In this document: one piece after another, positions 48,890-62,870 of the stretch | Position numbering within the stretch: the first letter of the stretch is position 1 | Layout of the letters: the number at the start of each line of letters is the position of its first letter | Assembly (NCBI GenBank): GCA_964016885.1 | Contig: OZ024743.1 | Span: 86,366,001 to 86,430,000 of the forward strand | Reading direction: 5' to 3' | Source: Eledone cirrhosa | Taxonomy: Eukaryota | Length of the DNA stretch: 64,000 nt | The notes under the pieces: generated by a model | The model's database searches: none | What the model saw: only the letters and a program-made list of their open reading frames with translations | What the model was told of the DNA's origin: nothing | Translations under genes and position numbers: made by a program

Positions 48890-49460
48890 ATGGTGGATGC
48901 CAACTCGTTTTCGAGTACGGACACTACTTTATATCCATGTAGGAGAACCCCCACCGATGCACTGAATGAGTGTGACTTTTTAGTCCAGCCAGCGACTTGA
49001 AAATTCTGGTACAAACACTACACTTGTGACAATTATTGACACACAGTGCTGGGCCCATGGTACCATGTGACGACAAGTGCAGAGAAATCTCCAGATATAA
49101 AGCAATGCCTGTGCCGTGAAGCTTTTATAGTGAGCAAAGGCACTGCACAAAGCCAGTCCCACTCTCTTAACCAAGATGATATTTACCAAAAAGAAGAACA
49201 AGTCAACATCATTGGATACCATCAGAGTTGCGGGTGTTATATCAGAGTTTTCCTTCTCCTAGAATTCTGCCTTGACAAAGGCTAAGGGGTCATCTCTCCC
49301 GGTGATTTTGGATGGCCATTGACTCTTAAGAGCTCCTTTGCCCTTTGACAGGTTTTGTTTTTAGTGCTGCAGGATGTCCAAAGTCACCCTCCTCACCAAG
49401 AAACATTGGTGGGGTTGCCAGTTTAGTCACCAACAACCCGACCATGTGACAGGTTGTACA
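48890..49460 (-). mobile_element. Bipartite non-autonomous RTE derivative
   Basis: RTE 5' UTR joined to a C2H2-coding 3' end; near-identical to 54649-55240. Confidence 0.88.
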
Positions 49461-49607
49461 TATATACATACAATCATACATGCATACATACATATACATG
49501 CATACATACATACATATACATACATGCATACATACAGGCATACATATATGCATACATTTGTGCATACATACATACATGCATACATATATACATACATACA
49601 TATATGA

Positions 49608-49733
49608 TGGCTGCCCCCTCGTTATCGAGTATGGCCATTGCTCGAGACCCCCCCCCCAAAAAAAAAACATAATAATAATAACAACAATAATAATAACGAC
49701 AACAACAACAACAACAACAATAATAATATACAC

Positions 49734-49801
<68 letters not shown>

Positions 49802-52800
49802 AACATATCTACACACACGCACACACACACACACGATAGCAATTAACAGCGCTGCGATCGAATGTGGCTTTTTAGCCCAGCCAATGATCTAAAATGTCTT
49901 GCACAGATTTGGCAACCAAAACACCACTGGGAATAGTCGGCTGTGGTTGGAATTCATGTACTTTTGCATGTCGCTTTAGCCCTCCTGCTGATTTACATTC
50001 TCTACCACATGTTTGGCAAGCATGATGAGTAGCATCTCCAACAGCAGCCTGGTAGTCAACCACTGGTCTTACTTTATGACTGCGAAGATGACTTTCGAGT
50101 CCAGCTTTGCTTAGGCAGAGTCTCGCACAGATACTGCATGTCAGCACCATAGGAGGACCCTCGTCGTCTGGAAGTGTAACAGCAATGCCCCTCCTCACAT
50201 CCCGCTTTACTTTCTCGTATGCGATTCGAGATGCCTCAAAGGCAACTTTTCCCTCATATACAGTCTTTCTCCATTTATTACGATCACCAGCAATATTTTC
50301 CCATGTATCAGCAGAGATGTTAGCGTCTTTCAGAGAGGCTTTCAAGGAATCCTTATACCTCTTTTTTTGGTTTATGTGGAGGTCGTTTTCCTTTAACTAA
50401 CTCTCCATAAAAGAGTTGTTTTGGTATTTTAGAATCCTTCATCCTGGCAAGGTGACCACTCCAACGGAGTCGTTGCTTAAGCACAAGAGCTTCTATACTT
50501 CACACAGAGAGCTTTCCAAAATCTCGACATCACTGATGTGGTCCCTCCAGTGAATGCAATGGATCCGTCTGAGACACATCTGATAGAAACGCTCCAATTG
50601 CTTAAGGTGGTGCCGATATGTGACCCAGGTCTCGCAGGCATATAGAAGAGAAGAGAGCACATATGCCTTGTACACCTTTACCTTTATCTTCTTGTATATG
50701 TCTCGCCAAACCCCAGAGTCACTTTTCTAGCTTTCCGAAAGCATCACTTGCTTTCCTAATCCTGAGTGGGATTTCATTATCAAGGTTGGTGTATCGATTG
50801 ACAGTGCTTCCCAGGTAGACAAACTGATCAACCACTCCAAGTCGTTTACCATACACATAGATATTTGGTTCATTGTACTGCTTACCAGGGGCAGGTTGGT
50901 ACATGACGACGGTTTTCTTGATACTAGGGCAGTGCAAGCTTCAGAAAATGCATTCAAAATGTGCTGCATATCACTCTCTTTGTGCGCTACAAGATCGCAA
51001 TCATCGGCATACAAGAGGTCTCTTATGATTGATGTAAATACTTTTGTTTTTGCAGCAAAGCGCCTGATGTTAAATATGCTGCCTGAGGTTCGATATCGGA
51101 TGTAAACACCATGCTCTCAATTCCTGAATGCAATATAGAAAACCATTGCAAAGTATATGGCAAACAGGGTCGGTGCTGGAATATCTCTCTGTTTCACTCC
51201 ATTTTTTTACTGATATAGGCTCCGACATGTTACCTCCGACATTAACCCAAACCTTCATGTCGTCATGGAAAGACCTAACCAAAGCAAGGAACTTATCAGG
51301 GCAACCAAGTTTCTGGAGAACCTTCCATAATGCATTTCTGTTAACAGTATCGAAGCTTTTGTCAGATCGATAAAAACTTGATACAGATCCAAACCTTGTT
51401 CCATGCACTTCTCCTGGAGCTGTCTAGCTAAGAAGATCATATCAGTAGTGCCGCGTCCAGCACGAAAACCAGATTGACTTTCAGGAAGAACACAATCTGC
51501 AATGTGTCAGTAGACGGTCCAGAAGAACCCTACATAAAACTTCCCCTACTACAGAAAGCAATGATATACCTCTGTAGTTCCCACAATCATTCCTGTTACC
51601 CTTTCCCTTGTACAAGACCACCATTACTGCATCCCTCCAGTCTTCAGGTACCGATTCATTAGCCCATATCCTGCCAAACAAAGAGTGAAGATGTTGCAGG
51701 AGTCTCTCACCACCATATTGTAGGAACTCTGCATGTATGCCATCCATACCTGGAGACCTTCCACTGGTCAGCTTCGAGATAACTACTGCAACCTCCACAA
51801 GCGTCGGAGGTTCTGCGATAGCTGCTTTCACAGGATTTTCTGGAATGAGATTGAAGAAATCTTCATTGACGACAGACGGCTGATTCAAAAGTTCATCAAA
51901 GAGCTCTCACTACCTTCGTAGAATTCCCTGTGAGTCACGAAGAAGTTCTTTGCCATCCTTGCTGCGAAGCGGTGTCACCATAGAAGAAGACGGTCCATAA
52001 ACTTCACGCAAGAGACTGTACAACAGCTTTATGTTATTGGAATCTGACGCAGCTTGTATCTCTTCGGCCTTCTCACTCCACCACTGATCCTTCATCTGAG
52101 AAAGACTCCACCTAACACGTGATTTCACATCCTTGAGTTCCTTATGCAACATATTCTTCTGCGATTTTGCTGTCAAGCTCGCTTCTTATCAGCCAACAAG
52201 TCTTCTATATGTACATCATTCTCATTAAACTAGTCTTGATGTTTTCTCTGCACCAATCCCAGAACATGACTGCCTACATCATAAACCGACTTTTTAAGGG
52301 TCGGCCAATCCTCACCAAGATCTGCAACCTGCATCTCTTCTCGCAATGTCCTCTTCGCATTTTTATCCTAAGACGAGCAGCATTCAATCTTCTGGGCAGG
52401 GTAACACCAGGAGCCTGGATTTTACGTTTAGTGATTAGTTTCACTTTTGCGCGTACCAGGCGGTGGTCCGTCCAGCGCTCAGCTCCACGAAGAACATGAA
52501 CACACTGCACATCCCGTCTGTCACGCATCCTGACTAGGACGTAGTCCAAAAGATGCCATTCCTTAGATGCAGGATGCATCCATGTAGTCTTAAATTTGTT
52601 CTTTTGTTGGAACATGGTGTTGGTAACATACAGATCCAGCTCCTCACACATCTGCAGCAAGAGCATACCATTGTTGTTGCACTTTCCCACCCCATGCCTT
52701 CCAATTACATTCCATGTGTTAGAATCCCTACCCACTCTAGCATTAAAGTCACCAAGCACGATGACTTTGTCTGCCTGAGGGATATTTCTTAAAACACCTT

Positions 52801-53700
52801 TCAAGGCATGGTAAAAGGACACTTTTTCTTCATCGATAGAATTCATAGTTGGAGCATACACACTCACCAGGGTCGCATATCTTCCTTTGTCCAGCGGAAT
52901 TCTCATGGACATAAGACACTCACTAATCCCCACTTGGAATTCTTCTAATTTATCCACAAGAGCAGTCTTAACAGCAAGTGCTACCCCAGCCTCTTTTCTG
53001 GTTCCTTCATCTCTTCCTTTCCAGAAGAATGTATATTCTCCACAAAATTCTGTAAGGTGACCATTTCCAGCTAACCACGTCTCAGATAAAGCCACGATGT
53101 CAAGATCGTAACGTCGAAGCTCCTTTGCAACAAGAGCGGTCCTTCGTTCAGGACGTTCCAAGGAATCCCTGTCAAGCAGCCAAGACTAAATGCCTTGTTT
53201 GGCTCTATTACAGTGGCACGATGACGAGCGGGCCCAGGCTGTGATAACCTGGGGCCCCTGCCCCTATTGCCAATTATCTCTTTTGTTCCAGAACCCTTAT
53301 TGCCAATTACCTCTTTTATATTGTTTTGGAACATCATTGAATTGGGAAAAGAAAAAAAAAGTAATAATAATAGTAACAAAAATAATAATAATAATACACT
53401 ATTAATAATTATTAATTAATGCAATCGTGCAATGCCTGTGCGGGAAGAATATTTTTAAAGTGAGGAAAGACTGTGCACTGAGCCAATCCCACTCTCTGGG
53501 CGACAGTAGCTATAACCCGAAAACAAGAAAAGATCAACATCATCGGTAACTACTGAGACGCAGGTTTTATATCGGAGTTATCCCAGTTTCCTGAGTTGCC
53601 TTCTCCGAGAAGAATGTCCTGACAAGGGCTAGGGGTCCTTCACTCCCAATGGTTTAACTGCGCGATCGGGTGTCCGGCCCGACTAATTCTATGTCCCCGC
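49608..53700 (-). mobile_element. Near full-length decayed RTE (BovB-like) LINE with three C-terminal C2H2 fingers
   Basis: ERRTALVA..SVYAPT..GDFNARVG..TDH; SPGMDGI, YADD, FVYLGS; CSICARLCLSKAGLESHLRSH, CQTCGRECKSAGGLKRHAKVH, CQICARHFRSLAGLKSH; many frameshifts; microsatellites in both UTRs. Confidence 0.92.
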
Positions 53701-53741
53701 GCATAAAAAAACTCTCTTATTGACACTCATACGTACGACAT

Positions 53742-53941
53742 NNNNNNNNNNNNNNNNNNNNNNNNNNNNNNNNNNNNNNNNNNNNNNNNNNNNNNNNNNN
53801 NNNNNNNNNNNNNNNNNNNNNNNNNNNNNNNNNNNNNNNNNNNNNNNNNNNNNNNNNNNNNNNNNNNNNNNNNNNNNNNNNNNNNNNNNNNNNNNNNNNN
53901 NNNNNNNNNNNNNNNNNNNNNNNNNNNNNNNNNNNNNNNNN
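53742..53941. other. Assembly gap (200 N)
   Basis: Run of N. Confidence 1.
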
Positions 53942-53999
53942 ATAGCGGCGATGAATTAGTTTTGCGAGGTTTTTTATATGAAATCGTGTGTCGAAACAG

Positions 54000-54353
54000 A
54001 TATTGTTATATTTGGGGAGGGTCATATTTGCGTAATATTGCCAGAATTAATAACAGAACACACTCACTGTTTGGTTGGTTTTCGCTTCTCGCTGTCTTTT
54101 ATATATATATATCTGCGATCTAACTTACTCGGTCCTTATGTAAACTATATATATGTGTTTGTGTCTATATTGTATCTGTATTATTTTTGACCGCCGGTCA
54201 GTCAATGGCAGCATTGAGGACCGAGTAAGTTAGATCGCAGATATATATATATAAAAGACAGCGAGAAGCGAAAACCAACCAAACAGTGAGTGTGTTCTGT
54301 TATTAATTCTGGCAATATTACGCAAATATGACCCTCCCCAAATATAACAATAT
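54000..54353. repeat. Perfect 137-bp inverted repeat with 80-bp spacer
   Basis: 54000-54136 is the reverse complement of 54217-54353; related single copy at 63120-63275. Confidence 0.95.
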
Positions 54354-54398
54354 ATATATATATATATATATCTATATATCTCTATATATCTATATATA

Positions 54399-54497
<99 letters not shown>

Positions 54498-54648
54498 TAC
54501 TGTCATTACTGATACAAGATTATGTCAACTGTTGACTTTCGAAAGAGTTCGTATAATTAAAGCCGTTCGTGTTACCGTTCAGTATTATTATAATTGCTTT
54601 ACAGCATAGAGCTATGGCCCTCCACGCTCCGAGCTCATATATACATAC

Positions 54649-55240
54649 ATGGTGGCTGCCAATTCGTTTTCGAGTACGGCCGCTACTTTATATCCATGTA
54701 GGAGAACCGCTACCGATGCGCTGAACGAGTGTGACTTTTTAGTCCAGCCAGCGACTTGAAAACTCAGGTACAAACACTACACTTGTGACAATTATTGACA
54801 CATAGTGCTGGGTCCATGGTACCATGTGACGACAAGTGCAGAGAGATCTCCAGATATAAAGCAATGCCTGTGCCGTGAAGCTTTTATAGTGAGCAAAGGC
54901 ACTGCACAAAGCCAGTCCCACTCTCTTAACCAAGATGATATTTACCAAAAAGAAGAACAAGTCAACATCCTTGGATACCATCAGAGTTGCAGGTGTTATA
55001 TCAGAGTTTTCCTTCTCCTAGAATTCTGCCTTGACAAAGGCTAAGGGGTCATCTCTCCCGGTGATTTTGGATGGCCATTGACTCTTAAGAGCTCCTTTGC
55101 TCTTTGACAGGTTTTGTTTTTATTCCTGCAGGATGTCCAAAGTCACCCTCCTCACCAAGAAACCTTGGTGGAGTTGCCAGTTTAGTTGCCAACGACCCGA
55201 CCATGAGTCAGGTTGTACTGGAATACATGTAACCAGTAGC
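54649..55240 (-). mobile_element. Bipartite non-autonomous RTE derivative
   Basis: Same family as 48890-49460; TACA flanks. Confidence 0.88.
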
Positions 55241-55669
55241 ACATACATACATACATACATACGTCCATACATGCATACAAAATTTTATAAACGTAGATGC
55301 ATACATATATCTGTATATCTGTGTTGTATAGTTTATACACAGACACACACACGCACGCACACACACACACACACACACATGCACGCACACACACATATTT
55401 GCTGACCAAACTATTTCAGAAAAATCATATTGTGGTATTTAGGTTAGTAAAGGCGTTTTTACAAATTAAACCGGATGCCTTAGATTGTAAAAAAAATGCT
55501 TTCATTTTAATATTGTTCCCAACTCCCTCGTAAGCCACACCATTTCCCCAGACGCTTATTGTTGAAAATGATTCTTCCTTACACCACCTTTGTCACCTTG
55601 ACACAGAATGTTTGTGCGTCTGTGTGTATGTGTATTGTGTCTCTGTGTGTATTTGTGTATGTTTGTAGG

Positions 55670-55890
55670 GCGGTGGATTGGCAGTATAGGTAGAGGGTCG
55701 GACGCCATGCTTTGCAGCATAGAGTTACGGCCATTTACGGGCTGAGTTCAAATCCCGCCGAGGTTAACTTTGCCTTTCATTCTTACGGGGTCGATAAAAT
55801 AAAGTACCAGTAACGTACTGGAGCCGATTTAAAGGATTCCCCCCCCCCAAAAAAAAAATTGCTGGCCTTGTGCCTATATAAGAAACCATT
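55670..55890 (+). mobile_element. Full-length SINE
   Basis: tRNA-like head with B box GAGTTCAAATCC, core and tail. Confidence 0.92.
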
Positions 55891-56126
55891 TGTGTATGTT
55901 TGTGTGTGTGCTTGAACATTTATGAGTGATTTTGAGTGTTTGTAACTGTGTGGTGTGTGTGTATGTGTGTATGTGTGTATGTGAGTGAGTGTATCTGTGT
56001 GTGAGGGAATGTATGTGAGTGTGTGTATGTGCATATGTATGTGTGTTTATGTATGTGTGAATGTATGTGTGCTTATGTGTATGTCAATGTGTGTGTGTGT
56101 ATGTTTACACTGATAACAGTAGGAAC

Positions 56127-57612
56127 ACAAGCCACCAATATCAATAACAACAACAACACAACAACAACACCACAATATCAACACCACAACAACAACAACC
56201 ACAACATCAACACCACTACACCACCACAACAACACCACCACAACAACACCACCACCACAACAACACCACAACAACAACACCACCACAACAACAACACCAC
56301 AACAACAATGCAACAACAACAACACCAACACAACAACAACACCACTACAACACCACAACAACACAGCAACACCACAACACCACAACACCACCACCACAAC
56401 AATACCACCAAAACACCACAACAACACAGCAACAACGCCACAACACAACAACAACAACACCACAACACCACCAAAACACCACAACAACACAGCAACAACA
56501 CCACAAGAACACCACAACACCACAACACCACAACAACACCACCAAAACACCACAACAACAACACAACACCACCACCACAACAACACCACTACAACAACAT
56601 CACAACAACACAACACCACCACCACAACAATACCACCAAAACACCACAACAACACCACAACACAACAACAACAACAACAACAACACCACAACAACAACAC
56701 CAAAACACCACAACAACACAGCAACAACACCACAACAACACCAAAACACCACAACAACAACACCACAACACAACAACAACAACACCACAACAACACAACA
56801 ACAACACAACAACAACAACAACACAACAACACCTCCACAACAACAACACCACAACAACACAACAACAACACAACAACACCACGACAACACAACAACAACA
56901 CCACAACAACACAACAACGCAACAACAGCAACACAACAACAACAACACCACACCAACACCACAAAAACAACACCACAACAACACAACAACAACACAACAG
57001 CACAACAACACCACGACAACACAACAACAACACCACAACACCACAACAACACAACAACGCAACAACAGCAACACAACAACACAACAACAACACCACATCA
57101 ACACCACAAAAACACCACAACAACACAACAACACAACAACAACACCACCACAACAACAACCACACAACAACAACACAACAATAACGCCACAACACTACAA
57201 CAACAACAACAACAATACAACAACAACACCACGACAACCACACCACAAAAACACCACAACATCAACACCACAACAACACCACCACAACAACAACACAACA
57301 CAACACAACACCACCACCACAACAACACCACCACAACAACACAACAACACCACCACAACAACAACCAAAACAACACAACAACAACACCACCACAACAACA
57401 CCACAACGATAACACCACCACAACAACAACACCACAACAATAACAGGAAATACACCACTACAACAACACCAACAGCAACAATAAGTCACAGCAACAATGT
57501 TCACAACAGCAACAACACCACACGTTTAACAAAGACAACACTTCAACAACCACAACAAAAACATCATCAACAACAACAGCATTAAAAACATGAACATCAT
57601 CAAGAACAACAA
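56127..57612. repeat. ~1.45-kb cryptic (CAA/CAC/CA)n low-complexity array
   Basis: Plus strand almost exclusively C and A. Confidence 0.97.
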
Positions 57613-58199
57613 AACTGAGCAAGAGAGCCTCTACGTGGGGTGAAGTGCGTGGCTTAGTGGTTACGGTGTTCGGCTCACAATTCCCTGCGACGCGTTGTGT
57701 TCTCGTGTCAGGCGCTTTATTTCACGGTGCTCCAGTCCACTCAACTGGAACTAAAAATAAGTTATACCAGTGATTCAAAATGTCGGCCTTGTCACGCTAA
57801 ATCTCTCCTAGAATTACGATTTGGAATGCTCAGTCACTAACATGTTAATTTCATAAGCAGGTCGTTCCGTTGATAGAGCAGCTAGAATACTCATTGTCGA
57901 AACCGACGATGGTGCATTCAAAACCAGTTTTGTTGAACTTCTGAGAAATTGAGTCACCGATCGTGTTATAGATGTAATTGAGACATCTGCCAGATTACAG
58001 TTATCAAACAAAGCTTTTTGTTATTTCCTAATACGCTGGAGATCAGTAATTCAAACTTACCAACAAAAGCAAAAAATTTTACAAAATGTTATTATTCAGA
58101 TAAGGATATTATTCATGCTGTATTGTTATATTTTGAAGTGAAACTTAACTGGGGCGTGTGTTCTTATTGGCAGCATGACCCTCACAGCGTATGATTTCT

Positions 58200-58612
58200 T
58201 AATTTAGGCACAAGGTCAGTAATTTTTGGAAGGGAAAAGTCAATTATATCGACTCAGGTACTCAACCGGTACTTTATTTTATCAACGATGAAAGGAAAAA
58301 TTGACCTCGGCGAGATTTGAACTTTGAATGTAATAAGCCGAACTAACCAGTGCAAAGCATTTTTTCCGACGTTCTAACCAATGCACCATCCTTACCTAAC
58401 AAATAATGGTTTCTGATTTAGGCACAAGGCCAACAATTTTGGGTGGGGGTAAAGTCGATTAAATCGACCCCTGTGTGTTACTGGTACTTTATTTTAGGGA
58501 CTTCGTAAGGATGAAAGACAAAGCTAACCTCGGTGGGATTTGAACTCAGACCGTAATGGGTCGTAACTTTATGCTACTAAGCATGGTGTCCGACGTTCTA
58601 CCAATACTGCCA
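58200..58612 (-). mobile_element. Two tandem SINE copies
   Basis: Reverse complement of SINE core and tail. Confidence 0.85.
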
Positions 58613-59149
58613 AAATAGAAGAAAATCAAAACGAAGAGGAGACAGGGAAGAGCAAGAATAGTTATTGAGAAGGTCACAGATTTAAACACCAACCAGACAG
58701 GTCAGAGATAACAACCAGACAGGTCAGAGACAACAACCAGACAGGTCAGAGACAACAACGAGCTCCTTTATACGATCCTAATAATATTTATTAGTTTAAG
58801 TTGTTTTCTTTTAGTTTTTGAATAGATTTTCGTGTGTTCATTTTGTAATAATTATAAGTATTGGTTGACATACAGAATATGAAAGGGTTGTATGTAATGT
58901 GAGAACCACGATTTAGTTCATATCTGGGCTGTATTATGAATATCTAAGAAAATAAATGGTTTATAACTGTTGAATGCAAATAACGAACGACTTGGAAGTG
59001 TTTATCGGTGTATTGTTATCATTGACAGAAACTTTATCTTCGCTTTACATTTATATACAATTGTACATCAAAGCTTAGAGAATGATCTAGAATAAGCTTA
59101 TTGATTTGTCTTGCTATTATTTCAATCTGCTTAGGTATAGCGTCAGACA

Positions 59150-59785
59150 ACAAGCTTCGCGGCATAGAGTGACATCCCTTTACGTTCTGAGTTCAAATCC
59201 CGCCGAGGTTAGCTTTGTCTTTCATCCTTAAGGGGTCGATAAAATAAAGCACTAGTATTGCACTGAGGTCGATTTAATCGACTTCCCACTCCACCAAAAG
59301 TTCCTGGTCTTGTGCCTATAGTAGAAATCATTATTTTAATCTATTTTTCGGGAGATAGGTTAGCGGAATCGTTAGATCATCGGACAAAATATTTTGTAGA
59401 ATTTAGTTATGGCTCTTTACGTTCTCAGTTCAAATCCTGCCGAGGTCAACTTCGCCTTTCATCCTTTCGAGTTCGATAGTACTAGTAAAGAACTGGAGTT
59501 GATTTAATCGACTCCCCCCACCCCCAATTGCTGGCCTTGTGGTTATATTAGAAACAATTATTTAAATCTGTTTTGTCGCTCATTTTAGGCTGTGTTGGAA
59601 AAATAGAATATCATCGTCTGACTGCGGTGTTAAATAACTGATGTTTACCCAGAACACTGTTAAACCTTTCATACAAAACCACCTGAAACCGCCCTGCTCT
59701 CTGAGTTCACATCCCACCGAGGTCAACTTTGTCTTTCATCCTTTCGAGGTCAATAAAAAAGTACCAGTCTAGTACTGGTGTCGAT
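59150..59785 (+). mobile_element. Three SINE copies or fragments
   Basis: Three B-box plus core occurrences. Confidence 0.85.
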
Positions 59786-60409
59786 TCTTCCTCTACATCT
59801 CTTTCTCATTTCCTCTCTCACTCTTTCTATCTTTCCCGGGAAGAACCCAGCTGTACTCAGACCCGGAGAGGGATGGGCTCCGCCAGGCTTTAAATGCCCA
59901 AGAAACGCCGTATGTCAATGCGGCGCCCCCTATAACCCCCCCCCCCCCCAGGAGTTAAGGGAACATACCATACCAATGATTTAGTAAAAAATATCTTTAA
60001 AAAACCTGTTTGCTAATTCAAATGTTTATCGTATCTTTACTAGTGAACAGAAAATTGTGAAAATTTGTAGTACTAGAGTAAAAAATTTAATTTTTAATGC
60101 GGTAAAGTCACAGTGCGGTTTTCTACTTTTCAAGAATGTTTTGCTAATGCGGTTTCATGTGGTACAGGATGTTGAGAGTTAATCATATCATATCTTCCAC
60201 AATCTCTTACTGTCACAGTTGTAAAAACAGACAGTTCAACAGGAGAATTTTATGACTTTACACAGTGGTGTAGCTAGAGTGTGTGCCGCCAGGTACAGTC
60301 TTTGAGGTTGTCTCCCTCTCCGCATACTAAAATATACACAACAGACCTAAAGGTACCGCCTCCTCCCCTAGCAACGTTATTGATTTAACACAAGGTTTAT
60401 ACAGAGCGG

Positions 60410-60755
60410 CGATGGTCTTTCTTCATCTGAAGTACAGAGCTATCATAACTTTTACGACGATGTCCATCGTAGCACACTGCTCCAGATGAAGAAAGACCAT
60501 CACAGCTCTGTACTCTAAATGAAAGATATTTGTAGCTCCTTACTCCAGATGAAGAAAGCCCATTACAACTCTGTATTGTAGAGGAAGAAATACCTTCGTA
60601 ACTCTGTACTGCAAATAAAAGACAATCGCAGCTTTCTACATCACACCAGGCGAAGTAAGGTCATTATATCATCCCTGTATTCAAATGAAGAAAGAGTACT
60701 GTGATTCTGTACTCCAAATGAAAAAGACCGAGGCAGCTCTATACTGAAGATGAAG
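60410..60755. repeat. Degenerate ~35-bp minisatellite, first unit inverted
   Basis: GATGAAGAAAGACCATCACAGCTCTGTACTCCA units; GATGGTCTTTCTTCATCTG at 60411 is the reverse complement. Confidence 0.75.
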
Positions 60756-60777
60756 TACTGGGATCTTAAGTATAGAG

Positions 60778-61126
60778 AAAGTCGATTATATCGACCCCAG
60801 TCCATTACTGGTGCTTTATTTTTTTTGACCCCGTAAGGATAAAAGAAAAAAGCTAGCGTTGGCGCGATTTGAACTCAGAACGTAACTCTCTGCTGCGAAG
60901 CATGGTGTCCGATGCTCTACCGATACTGCCAATATGGGATCGATATAATTGTGTCTACTTTTGGCACAAGGCCAGCAATTACCCAATGTATTACTGGTAC
61001 TTTATTTTATCGACTCCGTAAAGACGAAAGGCAAAGTTAACCTCGGGGGGATTTGAACTCAGAATGGCAAGGGCCGTAACTCTATGCGTCAAAGCATGGT
61101 GTCCGACCCTCTACCGATACTGCCAA
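60778..61126 (-). mobile_element. Two tandem SINE copies
   Basis: Reverse complement of SINE head, core and tail. Confidence 0.88.
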
Positions 61127-61759
61127 TTTACCACCTGGGATCGATATAATGACACAGGTTTACATCGCAAATTGACTGGAGATCAGATACAGCAACACAT
61201 GGTGTGTTAAGCAATTGGCAGCCGTAAAGGCCAAGCCATAAAGCGTTGAGGTGACCCTTCAGTCATGACATGACACCTCTAGTGCTGGTGCCACGAAAAA
61301 TGCACCCAGTACACACTCCAATGTGATTGATGATAGAAAAGGCATCCAAGTGTAGAAAACTTGCCAAGCAATGGGTCGAGGGGAATGTTCCGTTGTGCCA
61401 AAGACGAGGGAACCACTTTAGTGTTGCTGTCACAATGAAATGCATCCTATACAGTGCGTGGAACGTAGGTAAGCCGTCGAAACGACTTGAGCTCTGCCGT
61501 CGGGGGTCATACTTTTTCCTATTACCCACTCTATTACCCTAAGTTTTGAGTACTCTGGTGCGTTATGGTCCATCTGGTTCCTTACCACAACTCCTTCGTT
61601 ATATATATATATATATGAAAACGGAGAAAGAGACGATTATTAGGAAGAAAAATATTTTTTTTCCTTTTTTGTTTCTCTCTCTCTTTTTTCTGGGTTAGAA
61701 AATGATTAAAACGAAATGTTTTACTTTGTGTGAAGTGTCAAGGTATTAGTTGATTTATT

Positions 61760-62811
61760 ATTTAACGATGGCATTTATTTATCTATTTATATATTTAATA
61801 ATTGTCTATTACCGGTTTCAGCATTTTTATGCATTATCAAATGATAGTGAAATGTATTAGTGTGGTGTCGCACATGTTAAAGAGAAGGTGCAGGAAGAAT
61901 AATGTTATTTACAAACAAGGTTTATGAAGTGAAAAGAAAAAAGAAAAAAGAAAAAAGAAAAAAGAAAAAAGAAAAAAGAAAAAAGAATAAAGAAAAAAAA
62001 ACGGGCATAATGTAGGGCATAAAGAGTCAACGTGGAAGAAAAAATAATGTTATTTACAGGCATAGTTCTTGAAGTTAAGCAGATCAAAATGTGTTAATAT
62101 AGCAAGAGTGCTTAGTTGATCCATAATTCCATGATGGAGGCAAATGGTGGACTGAGGTTTGATATGATTTCCCTCTTTAGAGAGTTAATATGCAGGGGGA
62201 AGCAATTCTTGCTGGATGATATTTAATTTATTTAAGAAAAAGGATTAGGTAGGGTGTGAGGGAGGTAACTCTTGTAAATGTTTGATTGTTTGTTACAGTT
62301 GTAGATTGGTCCGATTTTTAGAGCATTAAGTAGAGGTTGGAATTTGTTAATGAAATATGTTTCCTTATTGGTACGTTGGATGAAAGTAGCGTTGTCTATG
62401 AATTTGTAAATGGGGAACATTTTTAAGTTTGGATGTTGGTTGTGAGCACAATTGGCGATATGTTCACTTTCTGTATTCCTGTATTTTAATTTGTGATTTA
62501 TGGACGGTCATACGTTGACGGAGGGTGTTTTTTGTCTGTCCTATGTAGTGCTCTTGACAACCTGAGCAGGTCAAAACATAGATTAGGTTTTCAGATACAC
62601 ATGTAAAGTTGTGTTTAACTGTGAAACGCTGTCCTTGTTTAAAATGGAATGTTGAACCTTCTATTATATTTATGCATATGCCACAGTTGGGCCTTCCGCA
62701 TTTTGTTACTGTAGGGTTCACTCTGAGGGTTTGTTGGATTTTGGCTTGTGTGAGGATGTTTTTATGGATTTAGGTTGTCTTTTGCTCTTTATGATGTTGT
62801 GTGTTTGGAGG

Positions 62812-62815
<4 letters not shown>
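61760..62815 (-). mobile_element. Penelope-like element 3' part with GIY-YIG endonuclease relic
   Basis: KCGRPNCGIC..FTC...NLIYVLTCSGCQEHYIGQT..LRQR..H..E.YFINKFQPLLN; degenerate hammerhead at ~61805-61845; TA array at the 5' break. Confidence 0.88.

Positions 62816-62870
<55 letters not shown>

Noticed and set aside
56023-57585. 520-aa T/Q/H/N-rich ORF and antisense C/V/L ORFs
   Set aside because: Stops are absent simply because the array lacks T/G; several frames on both strands are open and there is no domain.
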